Assembly: GCA_037379345.1 (NCBI GenBank) | Contig: CM074518.1 | Span: 4,526,001-4,590,000, forward strand | DNA length: 64,000 nt | Reading direction: 5' to 3' | Source: Perna viridis | Taxonomy: Eukaryota | Shown here: positions 29,601 to 42,300 of the stretch, piece after piece | Layout: each line of letters begins with the position of its first letter | How positions within the stretch are numbered: position 1 is the stretch's first letter | The notes under the pieces: model-generated | Databases searched by the model: none | Told to the model about the DNA's origin: nothing | Seen by the model: the letters and a program-made list of their open reading frames with translations, nothing else | Position numbers and translations under genes: made by a program

Positions 29601-32600
29601 TTCAACAAAATGCAAGAATAAAAGGATCGTGTGTTTCTGTCTGACATCTATCTATTCAACACAAGCCTTGAAGGTAGTGCGTTCATTGAGAACCCTAATA
29701 AATAATAATTTCTTTATGGTGTCAACGTATGTTGCAATTTGAAATATTTTACAGGGCTTATGTGTGTCACATGGTTTAGTTCATTTTAATTATTTTTATA
29801 CTTACTACACTGAAAACGTTTTTTATCTATATTCTGGTAATACAATGGATCTGATTCTTTTGTAGGGGATAGGAACACTCCAGTAACTCCCGTAGGGGAT
29901 GAACACTTGGTGTCTGACGAAAGTGCATTTTTAATACCCATTAAACTCTCAATAGTACCACAATTACAACCTAATGGGTTATCACTGAAATTTCTGTAAA
30001 AAAAAACGTAAATTATTTAAAGGATCTAGAATATCATGCTAGCTGCTCTCGTCATTCTTATCCGAATTAAAGTTTACTCTTCTTTCGGCGCCTTGTCACT
30101 ATTTATTGGCGGGAGTTCATATTGCAAGTGCTATATTTTTTGTGTACTGCTTTGTTTTCCTTATGTTCAGTGTTTCCATGTATTTGTTATTATGTTATTT
30201 ACGTTATATTATGTTATTTGTCTATGTTTCTGTGTTTTGGAAGGTCTTTGGGTTCTGTACTTCTATTTTGATGGTACGGTATGTTTTTTTTTCAGATACT
30301 CATCTTAATAGAGCTGTTTCTAGTCGTTATCAGCTCTGTATATCAACATTGAGAGAATATGAGCAATGCTTTTATTCATAAGTGAGGAATTTTCATTCAT
30401 ATTATCAAATAACAACAGAGAATTTGGCTTTTGCTGACTAAACTTAGAATACTATAGAAATCATGTGTTGCAGTAAAACATAACAAATGATTCCAAAGCA
30501 ATCGACTAAAATATTTACGGAGAAGAAATCATAATTTATTAAGTTTAAGTGGTAGATTTAACATTATCGTGCTTTTCTGATAATCAACAATAATAATAAA
30601 TTGTTATTATAAACCGTAAAATAAATTTTCAATTAATAATGGCTTACATGGTGCTAAGTTTTTCAGAAGATTGGATCGTTCCTAAACTTTCTATTTTGTT
30701 ATTTTGCAGGTTTAAGGTTTCGAGTGATGGTAAATTAATGGCTGGAAAGTATGGCACAAGGTTATTACTCAGGTCAATTTTCTTCAGTTTATCCAATCCA
30801 GTGAATGAACCATCGTGTATTTTCTGTATAATGTTGTTATGCATGTCACTGAAAATATATAATTTTTTAGAATAGACTTATTGTGGGAAAATTTTAGGAG
30901 GATGTCTTGAAGCTAGTTTTAATCTATAGCTCTTTTGTAAAATAGTTCATTAATGTAACAATTTGTTATGGTTGCTTTTCATGTAACATATAAAACTATA
31001 ATCAAGGAAAATTCAATTTACATTTTTACCCTCATATTTAGATATTTTTATTATCTTTCCTTCACACTTGAAATACAGAGAAAATCTGTTATATCAAATA
31101 AAGCATTTGAAGTATTACGTACGTACATTGAAACAATATGTGTCACTGTTGTAAATAGATCATCAGCTATTTCAGTTAGCTTATTGTTGTATATAACCAG
31201 CGATTTAAGTTGTGTCTGTCCATTCAATGAACCTTTAGGTATCTTTGTTATAATGTTATTATGTAGATATCTGAAAACAAAGAAAACAACGTGTTCAATG
31301 AAAAGAAATGAAGTCAAACCAATTCGTTTACAACTTTGATAATCTATGGGAAGGAATACCCAGAGAGAAAACCCAACCCGCCAGAGTGGAAGTTTGACGT
31401 TGCGCTAACAACCCAGCTCTTTAAAAAAAGAACCTGTTACAAAAACCAGAAACGCTGAAGAAACCCAAAATAGTTGTAATGTTGAGAAATCAAATATGAC
31501 ACATTTGGGGGAAAGCCGAAAGGAAGCCCCAAAGCCAATAGGATCCATAGTATCGCCAAAACTGAATATATACATAGAATGCTGGAACGTTACAACAATG
31601 GCAGACATGGCAAACAACAGCACAGGTAGCAAAAGAAATGAAAAACTATGGTATTTACATACTAGGTATAAGTGAGAGTAGATGGAAGGGATCAGGTGAA
31701 ACCAAATTTCAAAACGGAGACACAGTGATACATGTAGGAGATGTTGAAGAACATCAAGTCAGTGGAGTAGCAATAATGATGAGTGAAAGAGCCAAGAAAT
31801 CACTGATGGAATGGAAACCCATTAATAATAGAACAATAAAAGCAAGATGTTATTCAAAGTATGAGAAGTTGACAGTTATACAAGCTTACGCACCAACAAA
31901 TGATGCTAGAGAGGAAGAGAAACAGGAATTTTACCATCAACTACAAGATAGTGTATCAGGCTGTAATAAACATGACATGCTTATTGTTATGGGTGACATG
32001 AACGCAAAGATAAGCAAAGATAACAGTCATATGCAAGAGGTGTTAGGAAAGCATGGATGTGGGACGATAAACAAAAATGACGAATTATTATGCAATTTCT
32101 GCCAAATGAATGGCCTCATCATAACGAACTCTATATTTCCACACAGAGAAATACACAAGATAACTTGGAAATTCCCTGATGGAAAAACTGCAAACCAGAT
32201 CGATCATGTGATGGTAAGAGGGGATATGAGGACATCAATACTAGACACAACAGAAATGAGAGGAGCAGATGTTTACAGTGACCATTACTTAGTAAGAACA
32301 AAGATCAAAATCAAACTGTCAAAAAACAAAGGTGACATGGACAAAAACAAAGGTGACAAGGATAAAAACAAAAGTGACAAAGACAAAAACAAAGGTGACA
32401 AGGATAAAAACAAAAGAGAAAGATATGATCTTAACAAGCTCAAAAGTGTGGATGTAAGGAAAAAGTACAACATCGAAGTGAGAAATAGATTCCAAATACT
32501 GGAAGACCCATTATTGAAATATGAATATGAATATCAAGATATACAATGAGGCAGCTAAGCAAATATTGGTCAGAAGTGAAAAGACCAGCAAACCATGGAT

Positions 32601-35600
32601 TACCAACGAAACATGGAAAAGGGTTGAAGAAAGAAAAGAAATCAAAATCAAAATAGAAGGTGCAAGATCTGAAAGAATAAAAGTAGAACTAAATGAAGAA
32701 TACAACCAGAAGATGTTAAGAAAAGTGCTCGAGAGGATAAAAGGAGCTGGTACAACAAGATGACTGAAGATGCAGAAAAAGCAGTAGAAAATAGCAGAAG
32801 CAAAGAGTTATGTAAAATTACTAAGATACTTACAGGTGAAAGAAAGAGGCAACACAATGGAGTAAAAAGCAAAGAAGGAGAACTAAAATCAGAAAGAACG
32901 GATATACTTAATTGATCGGTAGAACATTTTGGTGAGGTGCTAAATAGACAAGAACCGCATCATCCCATATCGATGTAGATCAGATAGAGGAAATAGATGA
33001 TATAGTTTAGGGGAGTGGACAATAACAGAGCTTAAAAGAGACACAAAGTGGCAAGTCAGCAGGAATAGATAGCGTAACACCAGAACTAATAAAGGCTGAC
33101 ATAGACCCAACAGCAGGGAAAATGACAGATACATTTAACAACTTATGGAAAGAAGAAAAGTGGCCATCAGACTGGAAGAAAAGAAGTTATTTGCAAGATT
33201 TTTAAGAAGGGTGATAGGACAGATTTTAACAACTGGAGGGGAGTAACTCTTTTACCTCTGCTTGGTAAAGTATTCTGCAAAATGTTGAAATAAAGGATCA
33301 AGGAAGGAATCGACAAAAGATTAAGGAATGAGCAGACAGGTTTTAGACCAAAGAAAGGAACAATCGAACAGATATTTATCCTTAGAAACATACTTGAGCA
33401 AACAAATGAATGGAGGTCACCACTTTACATACATTTTATAGACTTTGAAAAGGCATTTGAGTCAGTCCATCGCGAGGGTCTATGGAAGATCACGAAGAGC
33501 TACGGAATACCATGCAAGATCATAAGAACCATAAAAGAAATATATATAGGATTTAAATGTACCATCATTGATAAAGGAGAAACATCAGAGTGGTTTAAGA
33601 TAAAAACAGGTGTGAAGCAAGGTTGTGTAATGTCAGGTTTTCTTTTAGACTGGATCATTCAAAAAATAACTGCAGACAAGGCTAGATGGTTAAGATGGAA
33701 TTTTAACACAATTCTAGAAGATCTTGACTTTGCTGATGACATAGCACTTCCTCCTCGAAATTCATGAGAAAACGCAGATATTAACAACAGAAGCTGCAAG
33801 AATTGGAATGAAGCTCAACCCTAAAAAAATGTAAAACCCTGAGATCACAGCATACAAAGAACAAAGAGCTGATAAATATACAAGTTCACTTACCTGGGAG
33901 CAGTCGTGGACAAAGAAAAAGGAGGAAGTAGCGACATAAAAAATAGAATACAGAAAGCAAGAGGGGTATTCCACCGCCTAAGAAACATATAGTATGCAAT
34001 AGGAATAGTGCAAAGAAGAAAACTTCACTTGTATAAATCATTGGTAAGACCTGTACTACTGTATGGATGTGACACGTGGAAACTCACAAACCAAGAAGAA
34101 AAGAAATTAAATACTGTAGAACACCAATGCCTATGAAAAATCCTTAAAATAAGATGGCAAAGTAGAACATCAAACAAGACAGTAAACGAAATTGCCAACA
34201 CCATAAACGTCAGTTGTGAAATAAGAAGAAGATGGACATGGATAGGACACATTTTAAGAGGCGAAAGGGATAACAACAGTAATGTAGCACTCCAATGGGC
34301 GCCAGAAGGGACAAAAACAACATGGAGAAGAACAACAGAGAAAGCAACAAGGATTGACAAGTTGGAACACGGCCAGAACAGCAGCACATGATAGGAAAGA
34401 GTGGACAGCCTGTGTGAAGGCCTCATGCGACTTCTGGCGCGGAGAGATTTAAGGTTAAGGTATGGAAGTTCGTTTACAGATATTAGGCGGAACATAACTA
34501 TGTAAAATATAAAATTATGTTAAATTATGTTATTATGACTGTTATACATGTATTGTAGTATCACAATACATGTATATCACAAAAACGGTTGACCACATCA
34601 CAGTCACATTACAAAATCTGGTCTATGAGATGATGAACAAATTTTTGTATCCAATCAGAAAGGGTGATACTTCTGAAATTACATTATAAGCTTATGACAT
34701 GCTCTTCATCAATATACAAGTCGCAGTTAGAAAAAAGAATATATATTTAAGTGTGTTCTTGTTGACAATGCTGCTTTCCAGATATTTGTACATTGGCTAA
34801 ATACAGACAGAAATTCTAGTGAAAATTAATTGTTTAAAAAAAATAACGACTTACACATGTTCAGGAGTGGCATCTTTGAGAGCCTTTGGATAAGTTGTTA
34901 GGTTATTATTCTGAAGATACAAGTCAGTCACGCTCACATTACGAAATGCGTTGATGGCGATGTGTGTAAGTTGGTTATTATCTAAGTAGAGTTTTGATAT
35001 TGATGAAGTTCCACCAAATATTGAAGTTGATAGTGATGTTAGTTGGTTAGTATTCAAGTTTCTGAAATAAAATAAGAGAAAAACGGGACTTTGTCTTCGA
35101 TTAGCTTAAATCTGCTGTAACAATAACCATAATTTACTTAACAAAATAAACAATGCCTTAAATATTTTTTTAACAAAGTCATATCATGTGTAAATTAATA
35201 CAGTGCCGTTGTATGATTTTGACTATATTCGTGTAGTGTTATGTTACCAAATCTCACTGATAAGTATGCATGTATTCGTATTAACTGTGGTAAGTATGAT
35301 CGGTATATACTTACCTGAGGAAAATTATTTTGTTCTACCCAAGTTTTTTCTCGTGCAAGCATATGCCAGGCGTGCTCATCGACTTACGAGGAATGGGTCT
35401 GTAGCATGATTTCATTGTACTTTTTTTTATATTTTCGTATTAAATGTACAATCTTTTTTTTCGTATGTTGTCCTTTTTGAAATTCTTGTTTTGTCCGGAA
35501 GCATTCGCTCGGGTATCTGTACTATGTAATATTGTCTGCTTATTCTCAATTTTAATAATTACAATGCTTGCCAATGGTTTCTTTTGTTTAAAATTACGCA

Positions 35601-37592
35601 TTCACATAGAAAAATATCTACATTGTTTATATTTCTGGTGATAATTTACCCCAAAAAGTGGTTTTATAATCAAACTTACAAACGACCTTTAGTTCCGATA
35701 ACTGTGACGTCATAGAAAGCACTTTTTTGTATGCTTAATATTTGAGAGTTACTCATTAGTACTTCATTAGCATTGAATTTATAAAATGCGAACGACGGCA
35801 AGGTTCCAATGGACATGCCACTGAGTACAATATCTCCTACTGTTAAATCGGAAAACGCATAGGAATCGATTTTTCGTAGCTGGTTATTAGACAACGATAA
35901 AGTATGGCTAATAGTCGAAGTTTTAAACGCATTGGATCCTATTGATGAAATTCGGTTGTTTGCAAGAGATCTGCAATGTAAAATCAAAGTACAAAGGAAT
36001 ATTAAAATAACGTAGTGCTTATAGAAGTATAATATACATAAAAAAAAACATCAAACTTTAAAAAGTCGTTATTTTCCGAGATAATGAGACAAGGGAGAAT
36101 TCGTTACAAATATTGATCAAAGCAACAATTCAGCATATAATTAAGTTATTCTTATTCGTGTTAAAAATAAACAGAATTGAAGATACAATACAACTGAAGT
36201 GCTGTAAAATTGACGAATGCTCCGGATGGTATGGAACTGATTCTGTTGTCAACAAATGATATCGTTTTTCCTATATTCAGGTTGTTAAAATCTCCACCAT
36301 TAGGTAACCAGTATAGTCTGTTTGATGCAAACGATCTAGAAAATCAAATTGAAACTCTGAGTAAACCGCGGGATTGCAAGACATATTGCTATAATTTACG
36401 ACGTAAATTTTTAGGAACTTACAAATATAGTCCACGTTTATGTTTTGGATATAAGGCTTAAACGAACGACTCATTGACCATTCGTTTTGACTCGACTTAT
36501 CAAGGCATTGCCTAATAGAGTAAGGTTTTGCCTGTCCTGAACTTTTGAATAATAAATAAGCGTATACAAAATATATTATTTATTGATTGTTTACTCCATA
36601 TCTATCAACTTACAATGACACCATCGAAGATATATGGGAAAAGGTTCCATCTTCTATCCATCCAATATGATTGTTTGCAAATGAAACAGATCCTGTCAGT
36701 GGACAATTGCAAAAGTGTACTTTCTTAAGTTGTGGTATTTTGTTATAATCAAGGTTTCTACAAAAAAACAAGAACTTCCAATATTATTAACTCTGTTCCT
36801 AACGAAATCGAATCATTTCCACGGTCGTTAGTTCTATATAGCATACACCCAGGATACTCTGATAGTTCAGCATGATTACTGGCATGTCTGGCGTTAGTTG
36901 TTCACCGTTTCCGTTATCCTTAATGTCTTTACACAAACGTATTAATATTTATTTTTAAATTCTAATTATTTTGTTGACATGCATCAATCAAAATCGTCAA
37001 AAAAGGAACATTACCAGAAAAATTACACTTCAATGAATACAGACCCGCCAATTTCCCTTCATGTCATGATATAAGTATAAGTGCTTAGGACTTACAGGTC
37101 AGTCAGACTGGTGCAGTTCACAAAAGCATTGTATGGGAGGAAATCAATCTGGTTATTCTGTAATTCTAAAGTCGTCAGTTTCTCCAAGTAAGAAAACTGG
37201 TATTCATGGATAAATCTAAATCTGTTGTTATGCAGTCTCCTACCAAAACAAAACAAACTCTCTTGCTGCACTGTACGAACAGTGCATACTTAACCAGACC
37301 AGCAGTAAATACATAACCGACGATTGTCGTACTATAGAAACACGTTAATAAAGACATTGCAGTACTACAGGAACACTTAACCGGTCCAGATGTAAAGGCA
37401 TTATTGTATTGATGTGGATCAACAATAAAGATATTGTCGAACTGTAGAAACAGTTTACTGGACCAGCGGTAAGGATATTGTTGCACTGAAGAAACCCTTA
37501 ACCACCATCAGTAGAGACATTATATTCTAACATAATTATAACCAGCCTTACATCACGCATGTAACATAATTGTAACCAGACTTGCATCACGC

Positions 37593-37623
<31 letters not shown>

Positions 37624-39271
37624 TGTGAGTCGCAACTCATCTGAAACCTTACAATGTCGAATATATTTGTGATATGAGGTATAAATGAAGTGTTGTGTAC
37701 TCCCTAAGATGTCTTTGAAACAATCTTTTTTTCTACTGAAAAAGGCGAATTTTCGGGAAAATATCCCAATTCAGAGACCGTCATTGGTCCATGTGTTATA
37801 ATAGCTTTCGCGCATGCTCAATTGACGTACAGACCGGATTATGAGTACATATGTTTCACGAGTCTTGTACGTTCATTATTTTGCTTAATTAAACGACATC
37901 CTCCATTCGGAGATGCAAAAACTGTTCAGACATGGAAAGGCGTAGAACGTGTCGAAATAAATCTTCCCCCTCTATGTGTGAACACCTGCGCCCGAAGTCC
38001 TGACCCTTCCTCCTTTTTATGTGTAAACTGGCATGATTGGTAAACCCCCTACCCATTGCTTTGAATAAATATTGAATTATTTAAAATTTAAGAATTTATT
38101 ATGCATCTTTTAACTGGAAGGAGCAGATTTTTCAGAAAATTAAAGGGTGGTCTACCAAGCTCCCCCTTCCTTTCCACCCCCTCCCCCGATAAAAAAACTA
38201 AACTAAAATAAAATAAAAAACGACTGGATCATCAATCACAAACAAACAAAAAATGACATTTTTACACATTTAGATGTAGTACCAAGTCCGAAAAGTTTAT
38301 AGAATACATTTGTACATGTTGTTGTGTTTTATTACATTGTATGATAAAAAGTTCTGTTTGAGCAAAATGCAAAGGTCGGATAAAGTGTGAATGAAGCCCA
38401 AACTTTTTATTCTGCATTGAAATCAGCTGAGTGTCTGTCTGTCTGTCCGTTCGTCTCCCGGCGTTTTCCATTTCATAAAAAAACTTTGTACTGTTGTTAA
38501 CACAAAAATACAGCAAGTTCGATTTTGAGCTAGGAAAAAAAATTCGAGTTAGCGAGAGACCACTATGACAACCTGCTTGAAAGCATTATTGAGCGTAATT
38601 CTTTGATAACTAACAGGAAATTTTGCAGAATAAAAGGACAAAATGCTAGAAAGCCCCCTTTAGACTTTTCTTGCAAATTCAACCATTAAAAAGTCACGAG
38701 CGAACAAGTCCCAGTTCGGGGATTATGCATATTTGTATATATACATATAAAAGGGTGGTTACGGAGTGAATGTCCGACTAAAAAAACTCACACGATACAT
38801 TGGAAATAACAATATCAAGGAACAGGGCTTTAATGCCTCTTCTGCATCCTGATGTTGTATGAGGGTCTTCAACAATGAAAATAATGTTAATATCCTCAAA
38901 CCACACCAACAAGGTCCCCTATAACGTGCACGTAAGCAGAATAAAAATAAAAATCAAGGTTACTCTCTTACTGTCCACTGGCCATGGAGTGAAAACTTGG
39001 GCGAAGCCTCGGGATAACCAGCAAATAGCACCAGGGTTACTGCTAATCTTGAATTAATCGATTGCTGCTAAAATACGTCATTGACGCAACGCATGTCTGG
39101 AGCGTCATATTGTTTATTGCAAGGGTATTTTAATGGAATTTGTTTTTTTCCTAAACGAGGCCTTATCAACGTTTAAAGTCTGTACTTAGGGAAACGCCAT
39201 TTAACTTCCGTGGGGTGGAGGGGCTTGGTTTGTTTCTTTGATTGTTAATTGATTGATTGATTGATTGATTA

Positions 39272-39325
<54 letters not shown>

Positions 39326-42300
39326 GGGGTTTAACGCCCGCGCAGCAATATTTCAGCTATATTCAGGTAATGAACAAGAAATGGACGATAAAATGAACAT
39401 AAAATGATGAAATGAAAAATGGGATGGGACACAAGGATAATGCGGGGTGGCAAATTTTGATTGCCACTGGAAACAGGGAGAGGTGTGGCGGAGCCCTATG
39501 GTTCCTACTCCGGAAGAATACCACAGAAAGGTTCATTAACGTGCGAGGAACGTGGTACCTTTCCAAACACGTTGCACCACTATGGTTTGCGGTCAGGTTT
39601 TCCGTATTATGGCCTGACGACCCCAGAATGTTACATTCCAGGGTTACCCCATTCGACCACCTGGGGCTCACAACCCAGTTGCTCTGTGGGCAGAGCGCCC
39701 TAGCCCCGGCTAGGGTTCTGAGCACTATTTAGACGCATTTTACGACAAGCTTAGCGCTGCTGCAGGCCTATTCTTTTGGCACCCGGACCTGCACGGGTCT
39801 CTTTGATTGTTAAAAATATTTTGATCCTAACTTTGGAGAGAAGATAATTTGATAAGGAATAATTAAAAAATAAGTAATGTGAATAAAAAAAAATAATAAT
39901 AATTGAACAAAACAGTACACCATTGATGTATGGTAGATGATCGTAGATCCTTTAGAACGATTTCTCATTATGTTTGGATTCGTCAAATTATCCACTTTGC
40001 TCAATCGACCGGCATTCTCAAGTGTAACATACTTATAACCAGACTTACACCAAACATATAATATAATTGTAACCAGACTTACACCAAACATATAACATAA
40101 TTGTAACCAGACTTACACCACTCATATAACATAATTGTAAGCAGGCTTACATCACTCATATAACATAATTGTAACCAGACTTACACCACACATGCAACAT
40201 AATTGTAACCAGGCTTACATCACTCATATAACATAATTGTAACCAGGCTTACATCACACATGCAACATAATTGTAACCAGGCTTACATCACACATATAAC
40301 ATAATTGTAACCAGGCTTACATCACACATGTAACATAATTGTAACCAGATTTACATCACACATGTAACTATATGAAGTAAAACGTGGATTTATTATTTTT
40401 GTTTATCGATGAGTTTCATTTTCAAGTGTTGTTTGCTTCTGGTTGCTTTTTTTTATTTCATTTCCAATAATTATGTTTTTGCTGAATTTGTTGACTGTAT
40501 TCTTCAAACGATTCAATACAAATTTTATAGGAGTTTGGCTTTTTCCTTTCAAAACTGTTTGTTTCAAAATCCAAACTTTCAATGTGTTATTCTTAAACTA
40601 CACATTCATTTCAGAAAATTTAATATAATTTATAAAGAAGAAGAAAAAGGACATGGACCATTCAATGGAAAATATCACGTCTTCATCTTAAAGGAATAAG
40701 TAAGATCTTTTTAGTGTTTACTCACAGGGCTTGTAGTTGACGCGGAAATGCATTGTCCTCAATGGCCAATAGCTTACAACCCCACATGTTCCTGCCAAAT
40801 AAGAAAACAGAACGATTAAAATGACTCAAGTACAAAATGTAGGCTCACTTTACATTGTACTTTAGTGGACATCACTTTCTCTTCTGTGTACACCTTAATA
40901 ACGTACAATGAACCTTTCAATACTGGTGCATGTTCGGAAAAAATGGAAATTATGTGCTCGTTTGAAGGCACTTGTCTGTTATTATATATCTTATCTGTCA
41001 TGTAAAAATCCAATGCATATGATTACTTTTTCAATCGATACATGTACATGCATAATCTACTACCAAATACATTAGTAACACTAGCCTCATATCATTGTAG
41101 TGAATTATAAGTAATGCTTGTCCCTTATAATTACAGCAACAATAGACAATTGTCAGTAACAATAGATCCGTACAGTAAACTACATCATGACAGTGCATGT
41201 ATCTCTGAGAGTAATACTTGCAGAGTTGTAAGTGTGGAGAGGTTGTTGAATGTGTTGGTTTCGATGAAGGTTATACTTGAGTAGTGGAGCCAGAGTATAC
41301 GTATAGCCGATAACCTCTCCTTCGTTGTTAAAGCTTTAGGAACATGTTCCATCAAGTAACTACCACCAAGATTTCTGTGTGAGACATAAATACAAACAAT
41401 GTTACAAATTTATTACACGATAATGTGGACATGAGGCTCGTTTTGAAGGAGCCAAGATATTTAAACACTGAATAATTAACCAATCATATAAAAAATGCAT
41501 TCCAAATTTCAAACAATCGAATCGAATCAAATACGTCGAAAGTATAGGGGATGTATAAACGTAAGGATAGCTGTAAAACTTTATGCGCCCGACGTCTAAA
41601 GGAAGGGCAAAAGAAAATACACAATTTTTAAATGTACATGTAGTGTCGTATATTCCGTAATTCTATCAGTAATGTGTAGAAAAAAACCATGCTTTTTAAA
41701 GTTATATGGATTTCAGTGTACTTACGCAACTTAATTTTCGGAAAAAATATCCACGAAACATAAAAAAGATATGACTCGAACAATGATGTATGGCTTAAGG
41801 TCTATACAAAGGTACAAAGGGAAATCCATGAACAAGACAAACACCGGGAAGATCAAACGAACATCACAAGAAGAAGAAAATAAAGAACACACGGAATAAC
41901 AAACATTTCGAATCCCACTAAAATAACCAACTTCTATGTATACCGGATGTCTTGAGTATACTCGAATGGCTTTATGTAATGATTGCATTGAACTCCTGGT
42001 GATTAATAGAGCGGTTAAATAACTTGTAACTTGGGTGTAGACCATTTGATTCTGAGAGGGGAGGGACTGGCAAATTTTGTGGGGTCAGAATATTAAATTT
42101 TGAAATTTTGCAGGTCAAAAAAATACTTTTAACCACATCAGGGAAAGAGTATCCATTTCTATTTCACTGTATAAAGTATCTGGACAGAGGTCAGGAAATA
42201 TATTTATTTTCTAGGAGGTGTAGGCCGGAAAAATTATTTTCAACTTTTTCAGGGCCAAAATATTTATTTCCAAAAATTGTCAGGCCCGCACCTCAGAATC

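Noticed and set aside
35315-35398. Exon-like segment with a strong CAG|GTAAGT donor
   Set aside because: It has stops in all three frames, and the flanking LRR exons join correctly without it.
39363-39732. ORFs on both strands and an A-box-like TGGTCGAATGG
   Set aside because: They lie within a GC-rich non-coding retroposon, with no protein motifs and no matching B box or cloverleaf.
40023-40368. CRISPR-like look of the 33-43 bp periodic repeats (also 45721-45927 and 56215-57415)
   Set aside because: Units are head-to-tail with no unique spacers, there are no cas genes, and the context is eukaryotic intron.
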